NCBI GenBank assembly: GCA_963771175.1
Contig: CAVYSY010000032.1
Location: forward strand, 448,001-512,000
From: an uncultured delta proteobacterium
GTDB taxonomy: Bacteria; Myxococcota; Myxococcia; Myxococcales; Myxococcaceae
Length of the DNA stretch: 64,000 nucleotides
Direction: 5' to 3'
Below the pieces are notes generated by a model, which had not been told where the DNA came from, did not search any database, and worked only from the letters and a program-made list of their open reading frames with translations. Position numbers and translations under genes: made by a program. This document shows, piece by piece, positions 1 to 10,109 of the stretch (position 1 is its first letter; every line of letters starts with the position of its first letter).

Positions 1-1044
1 TTCCCGCAGTCCTTCGAGCTGTCCACGCTCGGCGGGTGGATCGTCACCCGCTCGCGCGGCCAGCAGTCACTCGGGTACGGGCGCATCGAGAACCTGTTCG
101 CCGGAGGGCGGCTCGAGTCCCCCGCCGGAACCGTGGTGCTGCCCACCTTCCCCGCCAGCTCCACCGGGCCGGAGGTGCGCGAGCTCGTCCTCGGCTCGGA
201 GGGGCGCATGGGCATCCTCACCGAGGCCACGGTGCGCATCACTCCCGTGCCCGAGCGGGAGGACTTCCACGCCCTCTTCTTCCCCGACTGGGAGCGGGCC
301 CGCACCGCCGTGCGCGAGCTGGTGCAGAGCGGCGCACCGTTCTCCATGCTGCGCCTGAGCACCTCCGAGGAGACGGCCATCAACCTCGCGCTGGCCGGCC
401 ATCCGCGCATGGTGGGGCTGCTGTCCGGAGCGCTCTCGCTGCGCGGGGTGGGCGCGAACGGCTGCATGCTGGTGCTCGGCCTGTCCGGGAGCGAGCGCGC
501 CGTGGCGCATGGGTGGCGGACGGCCCTGGACATCACGGGCAACCACGGCGCGGTGCGCATGCCCCTGCTGGGACAGAAGTGGCTCGAGGGCCGCTTCCGG
601 GCACCCTACTTCCGCAACGCCGCCTGGGAGCGCGGCTGGGGCGTGGACACCGTGGAGACGGCGACGAACTGGAGCAACGTGCCTCGGCTGCTCGCGGCCG
701 TCGAGGACGCTCTGCGTGGGGCCCTGGCGGATCGGAGCGAGCGGGTCCTCGCCTTCACGCACCTGTCCCACGTGTACGCGACCGGCTCCAACCTCTACAC
801 CACGTTCGTCTTCCGCCTGGGCCCCGATGCCGAGGAGACCCACGCCCGCTGGCGCGCACTCAAGACGGCCGCCAGCCGCGCCATGGTCGCCCACGGCGGA
901 ACCATCAGCCACCAGCACGGCGTGGGCACGGACCACCGGCCCTATCTGGAGGCGGAGAAGGGGCCACTCGGCATCTCCGCCATCCGCAACGTGCTGGGAG
1001 CATTCGATCCAACGGGCCTGCTCAATCCGGGCAAGCTCGTCTGA
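1..1044 (+). CDS. FAD-linked oxidoreductase, alkyl-dihydroxyacetonephosphate synthase-like (5' end outside window)
   Basis: Frame 1 is open from base 1 (FPQSFELSTLGGW...GSEGRMGILTEAT...HLSHVY...GGTISHQHGVG...NPGKL), the typical ADPS/VAO-family motifs. Confidence 0.85.
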   Translation, partial: FPQSFELSTLGGWIVTRSRGQQSLGYGRIENLFAGGRLESPAGTVVLPTFPASSTGPEVRELVLGSEGRMGILTEATVRITPVPEREDFHALFFPDWERARTAVRELVQSGAPFSMLRLSTSEETAINLALAGHPRMVGLLSGALSLRGVGANGCMLVLGLSGSERAVAHGWRTALDITGNHGAVRMPLLGQKWLEGRFRAPYFRNAAWERGWGVDTVETATNWSNVPRLLAAVEDALRGALADRSERVLAFTHLSHVYATGSNLYTTFVFRLGPDAEETHARWRALKTAASRAMVAHGGTISHQHGVGTDHRPYLEAEKGPLGISAIRNVLGAFDPTGLLNPGKLV

Positions 1045-1071
1045 CAAGCCGTCGGGGGGAGTCGCCACATC

Positions 1072-2643
1072 ATGTCCGCATCCACGCAACGCGAGGCGCT
1101 CTGGGGAGCACTCGCACGCCCCTGGGATTTGATCATCATCGGAGGAGGCATCACGGGTGCCTCGGTCCTCCGTGAGGCCACTCGCGCGGGCCTGAAGGCC
1201 CTGCTCGTCGAGCAGCGGGACTTCGCCTGGGGCACCTCCAGCCGCTCCACCAAGCTGGTCCACGGCGGCCTGCGCTACCTCGCGAGCGGCGACGTCCCCC
1301 TCGTCCGCCAGTCCATCCGCGAGCGCAAGCGGCTGATGGCCGAGGGCAACGGACTGGTGATGCCGCTCGACTTCATGCTCGCCACCCACCAGAAGGAGGG
1401 CGGCAAGCACTGGCAGGGCCGTGCCGGCATCTTCGTGTACGAGCTCCTCACCGGCAGGTGGCCTCGGGGCAACCACGACGGAAACCGGCTCCGCGAGCTG
1501 GTGCCCTCGCTCGTACAGGAGGAGGGGCTCCTCGGCGTGCCCTATGACGAGGCCTGGGTCGATGACGCGCGCCTCGTCCTGCGCATCCTCCGCGAGGCCG
1601 TGTCCGCGGGGGGCTCGGCGCTCAACTACGTGCGCGTCACCGGCCTGCTCCGAGAGGACGGCCGTGTAGCGGGCGTCGAGCTGCAGGACACCGTCGGCCA
1701 ACGCTCCACCACCGTCCGCGCCCGAGCCGTCGTCAACGCCACCGGCGTGTGGGCCGACCAGGTGCGCGCACACCTGTCCGCCGCGCCGAAGCTGCGCCCG
1801 CTGCGCGGCAGTCACCTCGTCTTCTCCTCCAGGCGCTTCCCCCTCACGCACGGCATCAGCTTCCGGCACCCACGCGACGGGCGCTTCGTGTGCGTCGTGC
1901 CCTGGGAGGACTCCACCCTCGTGGGGACCACGGACCTGGACCATGGCCCCTCACTGAACGAGGAGCCCGCCATCTCCGCCGAGGAGGTGGCCTACCTGAT
2001 GGAGGCAGTGGAGGCCCGGTTCCCCTCGCTCCAGCTCACCCGCGACGACGTGGTGTCGTGCTACGCCGGCGTGCGGCCCGTCATCTCCTCCGGCGCGAGC
2101 GACCCGTCCAAGGAGTCCCGCGAGCACCTCGTCCTCGAGGAGGAGGGGCTGGTCACCGTCACCGGCGGCAAGCTGACCACCTGCCGCGCCATCGCGCACG
2201 ATGCGCTGCGAGCCCTGCGGCGCCGGATTCCCGAGCTGGCCTCGTTGAAGTCGGACGGGCCCTTCCTCGACACTCCGCCGTCCCTGGAGGAGGTGCCCCT
2301 CGCTCCACCGGCCCGTCTGCGCCTGCGCGGGCGCTACGGAGCGGAGGCCGCCGCGCTGGTGGCCGAGGCCCGCCCCGGTGAGCTCGACTCCATCCCCGAC
2401 ACCTCCACCCTCTGGGCGGAACTGCGCTGGGCGGCCCGAAACGAGCAGGTCGTCCACCTGGATGACCTGCTGCTGCGGCGCGTGCGGCTGGGCCTGCTGT
2501 TGCCCAACGGAGGCGAGGCGCACCTGCCCGCCCTCGGCGCCCTCTGCCAGCAAGAGCTGGGCTGGGATGACACGCGCTGGGAATCCGAGACCCGGGCCTA
2601 CCTGACGCTCTGGCGTGCCCACTACGCCCTGCGTCAGACCTGA
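1072..2643 (+). CDS. glpD: FAD-dependent glycerol-3-phosphate dehydrogenase/oxidase
   Basis: DLIIIGGGITG, GTSSRSTKLVHGGLRYL, DDARL, YAGVRP and GGKLTT motifs. Confidence 0.85.
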   Translation: MSASTQREALWGALARPWDLIIIGGGITGASVLREATRAGLKALLVEQRDFAWGTSSRSTKLVHGGLRYLASGDVPLVRQSIRERKRLMAEGNGLVMPLDFMLATHQKEGGKHWQGRAGIFVYELLTGRWPRGNHDGNRLRELVPSLVQEEGLLGVPYDEAWVDDARLVLRILREAVSAGGSALNYVRVTGLLREDGRVAGVELQDTVGQRSTTVRARAVVNATGVWADQVRAHLSAAPKLRPLRGSHLVFSSRRFPLTHGISFRHPRDGRFVCVVPWEDSTLVGTTDLDHGPSLNEEPAISAEEVAYLMEAVEARFPSLQLTRDDVVSCYAGVRPVISSGASDPSKESREHLVLEEEGLVTVTGGKLTTCRAIAHDALRALRRRIPELASLKSDGPFLDTPPSLEEVPLAPPARLRLRGRYGAEAAALVAEARPGELDSIPDTSTLWAELRWAARNEQVVHLDDLLLRRVRLGLLLPNGGEAHLPALGALCQQELGWDDTRWESETRAYLTLWRAHYALRQT

Positions 2644-2707
2644 TGCACCTGGGCCACCAGGGTCCAGTGGGTCCGGTTCGAGCGGACGAAAGAGCAACCC
2701 GTCATGG

Positions 2708-3685
2708 CTACCGGCCGCCGCCGGCCATGCGCTGCATCTGCGCCGTGTACTCGGCCAGGGTGCCCAGGCCCACCGCGGCGCGGCGTGCGTCCACGTTGGC
2801 CTCGTCCTCGATGGGGCGCGGCACCAGCTTACCGTCCACCATGTGGAACTGGCTGCCGTAGCGCTGCGGCTTGCCCTCGGCCACCAGCACGCGGTCCGTC
2901 AGATACGCGAGGTCCTTCGCCGAGCCCTCGCCGGCCGCCACCGCCTTCTCCAGCAGCGGCAGGCACTCCTTCTGGAAGGCCGGGTCGAGGTCCGCGTGCT
3001 GCACCAGGAGCCACGCGGCCTTCGAGGCCTTCTCGCCCACCAGTGTCTTCGTGGGCCAGCCCTCCTGGGCGAGGATCTGCTTCATGCGCGCGGTGTTGCG
3101 CATGTCGATGGCCTTCATGCGCTCGCTGGCCGCCGGGTCCTTGAAGTTCGCCGCGGCCGACGCGCGCCGGGCGGTCTGGTCCTCCTCCATCATGCGCAGC
3201 AGCTCGTCGCGCAACTCCGGCTTCCGCGCCACGTTCAGCTTCGCCTCGTTGGCGGCCACCCGCTCGAGGATGCGCGCGAAGGCGGGGTCCTCACGCACCG
3301 AGACGAGGTCCGGATCCGCCTTCATGTGGCTGGCCTCGGCGAGGCCGGCCTCCGCGGTGCGCTCGAGCCAGGTGAGGGCCTCGGCCTTCTGGCCTTCGAG
3401 GGCCGCGGCGCAGGCGGCGTCGTAGAGGATGCCCTGGTCTCGGACGCCCTGCTCCCACGCCTGGCGGAAGAGCGGGAGCGCCTCGGCCGTCTTCCCGCTC
3501 ATGGCGAGCCCATCGGCCTGGCGCGCCAGAGCGAGGGCCTCGGCCGAGGGAGCCGGAGCCGAGGCCGGGGCGGAAGCGGCGGGAGCAGAGGCCACGGGGG
3601 CGGCCTCGGGAGCCTCGGAAGAAGCGGTGTGGACGCAGCCCGCGAGCAGGCTCAGGGCGGCGAGCCGGACGATGAGGCGATTCAT
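2708..3685 (-). CDS. Lipoprotein with TPR-like region and DUF6624-like domain
   Basis: Lipobox LLAGC; YDAACAAAL TPR-like segment; AAWLLVQHAD, AYLTDR and PQRYGSQF motifs. Confidence 0.75.
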   Translation of the reverse strand: MNRLIVRLAALSLLAGCVHTASSEAPEAAPVASAPAASAPASAPAPSAEALALARQADGLAMSGKTAEALPLFRQAWEQGVRDQGILYDAACAAALEGQKAEALTWLERTAEAGLAEASHMKADPDLVSVREDPAFARILERVAANEAKLNVARKPELRDELLRMMEEDQTARRASAAANFKDPAASERMKAIDMRNTARMKQILAQEGWPTKTLVGEKASKAAWLLVQHADLDPAFQKECLPLLEKAVAAGEGSAKDLAYLTDRVLVAEGKPQRYGSQFHMVDGKLVPRPIEDEANVDARRAAVGLGTLAEYTAQMQRMAGGGR

Positions 3686-3899
3686 TCAGGTATCTCCAGG
3701 AGTGGACCCGGGACCGACGGAATGCCGGCCCGAGCCTGCGATAGTAACGAAGGGCCTGACGGGCAATCTGCCGCTTGCAAGCCCGCCATGTCCCTGTCAC
3801 GAAGGTCCCGGGCTGTCGGGGTTTTCCCACCGGATCCCGGCCATGGTTTGAGCCCAAATCAGTTCAACGGACAGCCCTTGTCCGATAGAGTCGGGAGCC

Positions 3900-4727
3900 A
3901 TGAATTTCATGAGCCGGAACCTGTGGATTGTTGGAGGTCTGAGCCTGGCGTTGGGAGCGTGTGGACCGAAGCGCGTGGCGCCGGTGCAGCAGTACAGCCT
4001 GGGCATGTCGCGCGCGGAGTACCGCGACTACAACGCCGCCCAGGCCAACATCTGTGACGCGGAGCCGCGGTGGCTCTCGGAGGAACTGGGCGCGGTGAAC
4101 GGCCTGCTCAACCGCTTCCTGATCTCCACGGAGCAGGCGAAGAATCCGGACGCGGCGGAGCACGACCAGCAGGTGGCGCTCTTGAAGGAGGCATCGGGCT
4201 CGCTGGGCAAGGTGCTGGACGTACACCAGCGCAACCTCCAGGCGGTGCAGCGGTGCGGCTTCGCGAAGTCCGGGGGCATCCAGGAGCTGACGAAGCGCGG
4301 CACCTCGCTGGTGGAGCAGTCGCGGGCGCGGCTGGCCGAGGCCACCCAGGTGCTGGCCATGGAGGAGGCACAGAACAAGTGGAAGACCGAGGCGCCCCAG
4401 CGGGAGCAGACGGCGCGTCAGACGTGGTGCGCGAAGAACCCCGAGGTGGGCACCACCGACGTGTACTACGCGCGCAAGTTCGCCGATGGTCGCACCGAGT
4501 GGTTCTTCTGTGATGGCCACATCGTCCAGTCCGCCAGCGGCGCCGAGCCGACCCTCGTGTCGCCCGAGGGCCTGAGCGCGAAGGAGCGCCGCAAGGTGAA
4601 GCCGCCGCGCTACCTCGAGGCCGCGCGCGGCTACCCGGCGGAGGAGTTCGACAAGCAGCCGACCGCTGGTGGCGACCCGGCTCCCGCTCCCGCTGCCGCC
4701 CAGAGCTCGGACGCGAGCGGGGGCTGA
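3900..4727 (+). CDS. Hypothetical lipoprotein
   Basis: Lipobox LGAC, GC-rich third codon positions, GGGAG just upstream. Confidence 0.75.
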   Translation: MNFMSRNLWIVGGLSLALGACGPKRVAPVQQYSLGMSRAEYRDYNAAQANICDAEPRWLSEELGAVNGLLNRFLISTEQAKNPDAAEHDQQVALLKEASGSLGKVLDVHQRNLQAVQRCGFAKSGGIQELTKRGTSLVEQSRARLAEATQVLAMEEAQNKWKTEAPQREQTARQTWCAKNPEVGTTDVYYARKFADGRTEWFFCDGHIVQSASGAEPTLVSPEGLSAKERRKVKPPRYLEAARGYPAEEFDKQPTAGGDPAPAPAAAQSSDASGG

Positions 4728-4736
4728 GCGAGCGCG

Positions 4737-4880
4737 CTACGGCGCGTACGTCACCACCAGGTGGTTGGCGGTGAGCACCATCCGGCGCGGCACGGCGTTG
4801 CCGCCCTGGATGGTGAGGTCGAAGCCGAAGGGCGCGCGCAGCACGCGCACGGGCAACCAGCACCAGCGGGACCTGATCAT
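4737..4880 (-). pseudogene. 47-aa small ORF or C-terminal gene remnant
   Basis: MIRSRWCWLPVRVLRAPFGFDLTIQGGNAVPRRMVLTANHLVVTYAP*; all codons end in G/C; below the ORF-track cutoff. Confidence 0.45.
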
Positions 4881-4901
4881 GGCCCCGCTCGGTAGTACCC
4901 C

Positions 4902-5777
4902 TCACGCCCCCAGACGGGACAGGCGCTCGGAGAGGTGCGCGTCGCCTCCGGCATCGAGCCCGCGCAGCCAGGCCGGCAGCGAGCTGCCCGATGACAGCAG
5001 GTGCCCCTCGACGTGCGGGCGCAGCTCGCTCCAGCGCTTCTCCCACCCCTCCCCGGAGCCACCTCGCCCCTCGGGCCGCTCCGCCAGCAGCGCGCCCATG
5101 CGCAGCGCCAGCTCGGGCTCGCCCAGGGCCTCGGACTGGAGGGCCAGCGCGCGGGTGGCGGCCTGGGCCGGCGCTCCGGCGGGAGCCCGCTTCCACTGCT
5201 CCAGCGTCCGGAGGAAGACCGCGGCATCCAGCTCGGCCAGCAGCCCCATGGCCGCCCACAGCGGCAGCCGGGGCTGGTCCCGGGGCGCCACCACCTTCGC
5301 CATCAACGCGGTGAACACCGGGCCCAGGGCGGCGTGGCTGGCCGGGTCGAGCCCGCCGAGGGCCCGGAGCGCGCGCCGGGCCTGGCGGGCCTGGAGCGCC
5401 ACCTTCCAGCTCCGCCCGCCCACGAGGGAGTCCAGCGCGGAGAGCGCCTCGGCGGCCGCGGTCACCTGCGCCGCGGACGGCTTGCCCGCGCGCACCCGGG
5501 GAGCCAGCGTGAGCTTCGGCGAGGCCGCGGCCGCGCCCTTCGTCCCCTTGGGGGCCGCCGCTGGCGCCTCCGAGGACACCTCCTGGTAGCCCTCGCGCAC
5601 CTTCTCGGCCACCTTGCGCTCGTACTCGCGCCGCGCGCCCTCCGGGTCGGGGAAGTCCTTCTCCTTGCGCTGGCCCTCGGTGCCCAGCCGCCCGTACACC
5701 ACGATGAAGGTGGAGCCTTGGACGTCGGCCATCCAGAACTTCGCGCTGGTGCCCTCGACGAACTCGAACCTGCGCAT
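4902..5777 (-). CDS. WGR domain-containing protein
   Basis: N-terminal MRRFEFVEGTSAKFW...VVYGRLGTEGQ...EKVREGY. Confidence 0.85.
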   Translation of the reverse strand: MRRFEFVEGTSAKFWMADVQGSTFIVVYGRLGTEGQRKEKDFPDPEGARREYERKVAEKVREGYQEVSSEAPAAAPKGTKGAAAASPKLTLAPRVRAGKPSAAQVTAAAEALSALDSLVGGRSWKVALQARQARRALRALGGLDPASHAALGPVFTALMAKVVAPRDQPRLPLWAAMGLLAELDAAVFLRTLEQWKRAPAGAPAQAATRALALQSEALGEPELALRMGALLAERPEGRGGSGEGWEKRWSELRPHVEGHLLSSGSSLPAWLRGLDAGGDAHLSERLSRLGA

Positions 5778-5869
5778 GACGCTGTCCCCTCCCGTTTGCC
5801 GGGTGTGCGGTGCCCTCCGGACGCTACTACGGGCGCCACCGCCTCTCCCACTCCGGTAGCATCGCCCAC

Positions 5870-6346
5870 ATGATTCGTTCCGCGACCCCCTCGGACATCC
5901 CCACCATCGCCCGGCTCATCCGAGCCCTGGCCGAGTACGAGAAGCTCTCCCATGAGGTCGTCCTGCGCGAGGAGGACCTGCACCAGCACCTCTTCGGCGA
6001 CAAGCCCTATGCCGAGGTCGCCCTCGCCGAGGACGGCGGGCAGGTGGTGGGCATGGCCCTCTTCTTCCACAACTACTCCACCTTCCTGGCGAAGCCGGGC
6101 CTCTACCTGGAGGACCTCTTCGTCCTGCCCGAGCACCGGAGCAAGGGGCACGGCAAGGCGCTGCTGTCGCACCTGGCGAAGCTCGCCGTCGAGCGAGGCT
6201 GTGGGCGCTTCGAGTGGGCCGTGCTCGACTGGAACACGCCGGCCATCGAGTTCTACAAGTCGTTTGGCGCCGTGCCGCAGCACGACTGGACCGTCTTCCG
6301 CGTCACCGGCGACGCGCTGCGGCGGCTGGCGACGCGAGCCACTTGA
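5870..6346 (+). CDS. GNAT N-acetyltransferase (diamine/SSAT-like)
   Basis: LAEYEK, LYLEDLFVLPEHRSKGHG, WAVLDWNTPAIEFY. Confidence 0.9.
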   Translation: MIRSATPSDIPTIARLIRALAEYEKLSHEVVLREEDLHQHLFGDKPYAEVALAEDGGQVVGMALFFHNYSTFLAKPGLYLEDLFVLPEHRSKGHGKALLSHLAKLAVERGCGRFEWAVLDWNTPAIEFYKSFGAVPQHDWTVFRVTGDALRRLATRAT

Positions 6347-6463
6347 GCCCGGTCCCTGGCCGGGCGACCTGCCGCGGAGCATCGCCGCGCGTCAACCCAT
6401 GAATCAGTGCAACGATGCGTTTTCGCTGCCCCGAGGGCGTGACATCCTCGGGGGAGAGGTCGC

Positions 6464-9400
6464 ATGAAGTCCTTCGATGACAAGGAGCGCCGCACGCTCG
6501 TCGACGAGCGCCGTACGCCCGTGACGGACGATCGCCGCACGCTCGTCAAGGACGATCGCCGCACGCTCGCCCTTGGCCCGGGGGACGCTTCAGGTACCCA
6601 GAACCGGCCCCAACCTCCGGAGGCACCAGCGCTCGGCCGTGGCACGCCCCTGGACCGCTACGTGGTGCTGGATCCACTGGGCGAGGGCGGCATGGGGATG
6701 GTGTACGCCGCGTACGACTCGGTGCTGGACCGGAAGGTGGCGCTCAAGCTGCTGCCCCAGGAGACCGCCGACGGCAGCTCCGAGCCGACCTCGGGACGGG
6801 CCCGGCTGCTGCGCGAAGCGCAGGCCATGGCCAAGCTCTCCCACCCCAACGTGGTGGGCGTCTACGACGTGTACCAGCACGGGGCCCTCGTCTTCATGGC
6901 CATGGAGCTGGTGGAGGGCCAGACGCTGCTGCAGTGGCTGCAGGAGAAGCCGCGCGGCAAGAGGGAGATCCTCGCGGCCTTCCTGTCCGCGGGCCGGGGA
7001 CTGGCCGCCGCTCATGCCGCCGGGCTCGTGCACCGCGACTTCAAGCCCACCAACGTGCTGGTGGGCAAGGACGGCCGTGTCCGGGTAACGGACTTCGGTC
7101 TGGCGCGCACCCATGACGCACCTCCGGAGCCCCTGGCCGAGGATGCCGCGCCGTCCCCGAGCACCAGCCCGGTCAAGCCGCACAGCCTGCTGGAGCTGGA
7201 GCTGACGCAGAAGGGCGCGGTGCTGGGCACGCCGGCCTACATGGCGCCCGAGCAGTTCCGCGGCGCCACCGCGGACGCCCGGAGCGACCAGTTCTCCTTC
7301 GCCGTGTCGCTGTGGGAGGCCCTCTACGGCGAGCGCCCCTTCGAGGGCCGCTCCTCCAGCGAGCGCAAGGAGAAGGTGCTGGCGGGCCACACCAATCCCC
7401 CGCCGTCCCACTCCCGGGTCCCGCCGTGGATCCACCGCGCCCTGCTGCGGGCCCTCAGCACCGCGCCGGAGGCACGCTACCCCTCGCTGGACGCGCTGCT
7501 GGCCACCCTGGAGAGGGATCCGGCCCAGGTGCGCCGCCGCAGGCTGGCCGTCGCGGCTTTGCTGCTCCTCGTCACCGGCTCGGGCGTGATGGCCGGGATC
7601 ATCTGGCACCAGCGCAAGACGAGCCTGTGCACCGGCGTCCAGGAGAAGCTGGTGGGCATCTGGGACGCGCGGCGCCAGTCCGCCATCGAGAGGGCCTTCC
7701 TCGAGACCCGGCAGAGCTATGCCGGGGATACCTGGACGCGCGTGCGCGACGCCCTGAACACGTACACCGCGGTGTGGACGGGCATGCACCAGGACACCTG
7801 CGAGGCCACGCGAATCCGCGGTGAGCAGTCCGAGACCGTCATGTCCCTGCGCATGGCGTGCCTGGAGAGCCGCCGACAGGAGCTGGCCGCGCTCACCGAG
7901 GTCTTCACCGAGGCGGATGCCACCGTGGTGGAGAAGGCCATCTCCGCCGCCAGCTCCCTGCATCCCCTGCGGGGCTGCGCGGATGTGGAGGCCCTGCTGG
8001 CCGAGGTGAAGCCGCCCGAGGACGCCGCCACGCGACAGGCCGTGGAGGCCGCGCGCGCCCAGCTCGCCCGCGTCAAGGCCCACACCGACGCCGGTAAATA
8101 CAAGGAGGCGCTGGAGCTGGCGACGGCGGTGGCGCAGAAGACGGCCACGCTCGGCTACGGTCCCATCCACGCCGAGGCCCTCTTCATGCGGGCCTGGACG
8201 CAGATCATCTCCGGGGAGAGCCAGGGCGTCACCCCGCTGCTCACCGAGGCGCTGTGGCTCGCGCACGCCTCGCGGCACGACACCATCGTCGCCGAGGCTA
8301 CCGTGCGGCTGATGGGCTACTACAGCTACCGCGGGCCCAAGGAGGAGGAGGACCGCTGGGAGCACTTCGCGCGGGCCTCGCTCGACCGACTCCGGGAGAA
8401 TGGCGAGCTGCGGGCCATCTACCACAACAACCGGGGCCTCTCGTTCTACCAGCAGGGCAACTTCGCCGAGGCCTACGAGTCCTTCGACAAGGCCTTCGCC
8501 CTGGCGGAGCAGCACCTGGGCCCCGCCAACGCGACGACGCTGCGCTACGCCTCCAACTCCCAGGCCGCGTTGGGCAACATGGACCGTGTCGAGGACTCGC
8601 TGAGGGCCCTCGAGGCGCTCGTCCGCATGGGGGAGACGAACCTCGGTCCCACCCACCCGTTCCTCACCCAACCCCTGTCGAACCTGTCCAACGTGTATCT
8701 CATGCAGGGGCGGCTCGCCGACGCGCGCCGCGTGCTCGACCAGATGCGGGAGATCGGCCAGCAGGCCTACCAGCCCGGCTCGGAGGAGTGGGCGTACTTC
8801 CACCTCGCCTATGGCGACCTCGAGAGCGAGGAGGGCCGGGACGCCGAGTCCCTCCAGAACTACGAGGAGTCCGCGCGCCTGTTCCAGGAGCGCACGGGCG
8901 AGGAGAGCACGGACACGCTGCAGGCACTCGTGCGGGTGGCCGAGGCCCAGATGTCACTGGAGCGGCTGACCCAATCGCAGCAGACCTTCCAGCGGGTGCT
9001 GGAGCTGGCGAAGAAGGACCCGCAGCAGCGCGAGCACGTCTACACCCAGGCGCTGCTCGGGCTGGCGACGCTCCACTCGGTGCGCGGCCAGTACGACAAG
9101 GCGCTCCGGTTGCGCCAGCAGGCGCTGGAGCTGCGCGAGAAGTACCTGGGCTCCGAGCACTACAACACGTCCCTCGTCCGCCAGGACATCGCCAGCACCT
9201 ACCTCGAGCTGGGACAGCCCGCCCGCGCGCTCGTGCTCCTCGAGCAGGTGCTGGCCCGCTTCCAGAAGACGGACCTGGAGACTCCCGCCGGGGCCCTGCT
9301 GCTGGCCGGCAAGGGCAACGCGCTGTGGAAGCTGGGCAGGGCCTCCGAGGCCATCCCGCTCCTGGAGCACGCGCTCCAGCTCGTCGAGCACCGGCCGGGA

Positions 9401-9628
9401 CGCGCCGAGTACGTGGCCATCGTCCAGTCCATCCTGGCCCACACCCTCATGGACGCCGGGCAGCCGGAGCGCGCCCTGCGGCTCGCCACGGCGGCGCGCA
9501 CCACGTACTCCCGCGCCCCCGTCCTCCATGCCATCGAACTGGCCCGGCTCGACGCCCTGCTGAAGCACCGGGCCCCGGAAACGACCTCGGCCCCACCGGG
9601 CCCGTCGGCGCAGCCGCCCCCTCCGTGA
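6464..9628 (+). CDS. Membrane Ser/Thr protein kinase with C-terminal TPR repeats
   Basis: LGEGGMG, VALK, HRDFKPTN, DFG, GTPAYMAPE; one TM segment, then TPR repeats. Confidence 0.92.
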   Translation: MKSFDDKERRTLVDERRTPVTDDRRTLVKDDRRTLALGPGDASGTQNRPQPPEAPALGRGTPLDRYVVLDPLGEGGMGMVYAAYDSVLDRKVALKLLPQETADGSSEPTSGRARLLREAQAMAKLSHPNVVGVYDVYQHGALVFMAMELVEGQTLLQWLQEKPRGKREILAAFLSAGRGLAAAHAAGLVHRDFKPTNVLVGKDGRVRVTDFGLARTHDAPPEPLAEDAAPSPSTSPVKPHSLLELELTQKGAVLGTPAYMAPEQFRGATADARSDQFSFAVSLWEALYGERPFEGRSSSERKEKVLAGHTNPPPSHSRVPPWIHRALLRALSTAPEARYPSLDALLATLERDPAQVRRRRLAVAALLLLVTGSGVMAGIIWHQRKTSLCTGVQEKLVGIWDARRQSAIERAFLETRQSYAGDTWTRVRDALNTYTAVWTGMHQDTCEATRIRGEQSETVMSLRMACLESRRQELAALTEVFTEADATVVEKAISAASSLHPLRGCADVEALLAEVKPPEDAATRQAVEAARAQLARVKAHTDAGKYKEALELATAVAQKTATLGYGPIHAEALFMRAWTQIISGESQGVTPLLTEALWLAHASRHDTIVAEATVRLMGYYSYRGPKEEEDRWEHFARASLDRLRENGELRAIYHNNRGLSFYQQGNFAEAYESFDKAFALAEQHLGPANATTLRYASNSQAALGNMDRVEDSLRALEALVRMGETNLGPTHPFLTQPLSNLSNVYLMQGRLADARRVLDQMREIGQQAYQPGSEEWAYFHLAYGDLESEEGRDAESLQNYEESARLFQERTGEESTDTLQALVRVAEAQMSLERLTQSQQTFQRVLELAKKDPQQREHVYTQALLGLATLHSVRGQYDKALRLRQQALELREKYLGSEHYNTSLVRQDIASTYLELGQPARALVLLEQVLARFQKTDLETPAGALLLAGKGNALWKLGRASEAIPLLEHALQLVEHRPGRAEYVAIVQSILAHTLMDAGQPERALRLATAARTTYSRAPVLHAIELARLDALLKHRAPETTSAPPGPSAQPPPP
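6485..6571 (+). repeat. In-frame tandem repeat, 4 x (D/E)RRT(L/P), 21-24 nt units, at the kinase N-terminus
   Basis: gagcgccgcacgctc / gagcgccgtacgccc / gatcgccgcacgctc / gatcgccgcacgctc. Confidence 0.85.
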
Positions 9629-9631
9629 GGA

Positions 9632-9664
9632 CCGCTGCCCGCCCGAGAGAGGGCGGGCGAGCGG
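9632..9664. terminator. GC-rich hairpin between convergent genes
   Basis: gcccgccc-gagaga-gggcgggc, with flanking ccgct/agcgg pairing; no U-tract. Confidence 0.5.
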
Positions 9665-9670
9665 GGCGAC

Positions 9671-10099
9671 TCAGGCGGTAGCGGGCTCGGTGCGCGGCAT
9701 CGTCACCAGCGCGAGCTGCTTCATGATGCGCTCGATGTGCAGGGAGCAGGCGGCGAAGTGCTTCCAGTCCCTCGTGAGCCACGGCTCGAGCGCATCCCGC
9801 AGCTCGGCGAGCGCACCGGACTCCTTGCCCGTCCACAGCGCATCCACTTCCTTCTGGGCCTTGTCGCTGATCTTCCTGCCCGGCTCGGGCGCCTTGGGCA
9901 TGTGCGCCGCGCCGATCTTCTCGATGCGCTCGGCGAACGCCTTGAGCGCGTCCGGCGTCACGCCCTCGGCCCGGAGGCGATAGGCCATGCCCAGCGAGAA
10001 GTACCCGTTGATGCCCTCGCGCATCGAGCCCTCGGGGCTCAACGGCCCCTCCTTCAGATAGTCCCGCGGATGAATGGCGGAGAATTCATTCGGCTGCAT
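9671..10099 (-). CDS. Hypothetical protein, third gene of a three-gene operon
   Basis: 142-aa ORF with GAGGAG RBS, 10 nt after the previous stop. Confidence 0.75.
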   Translation of the reverse strand: MQPNEFSAIHPRDYLKEGPLSPEGSMREGINGYFSLGMAYRLRAEGVTPDALKAFAERIEKIGAAHMPKAPEPGRKISDKAQKEVDALWTGKESGALAELRDALEPWLTRDWKHFAACSLHIERIMKQLALVTMPRTEPATA

Positions 10100-10109
10100 G
10101 GATGACTCC

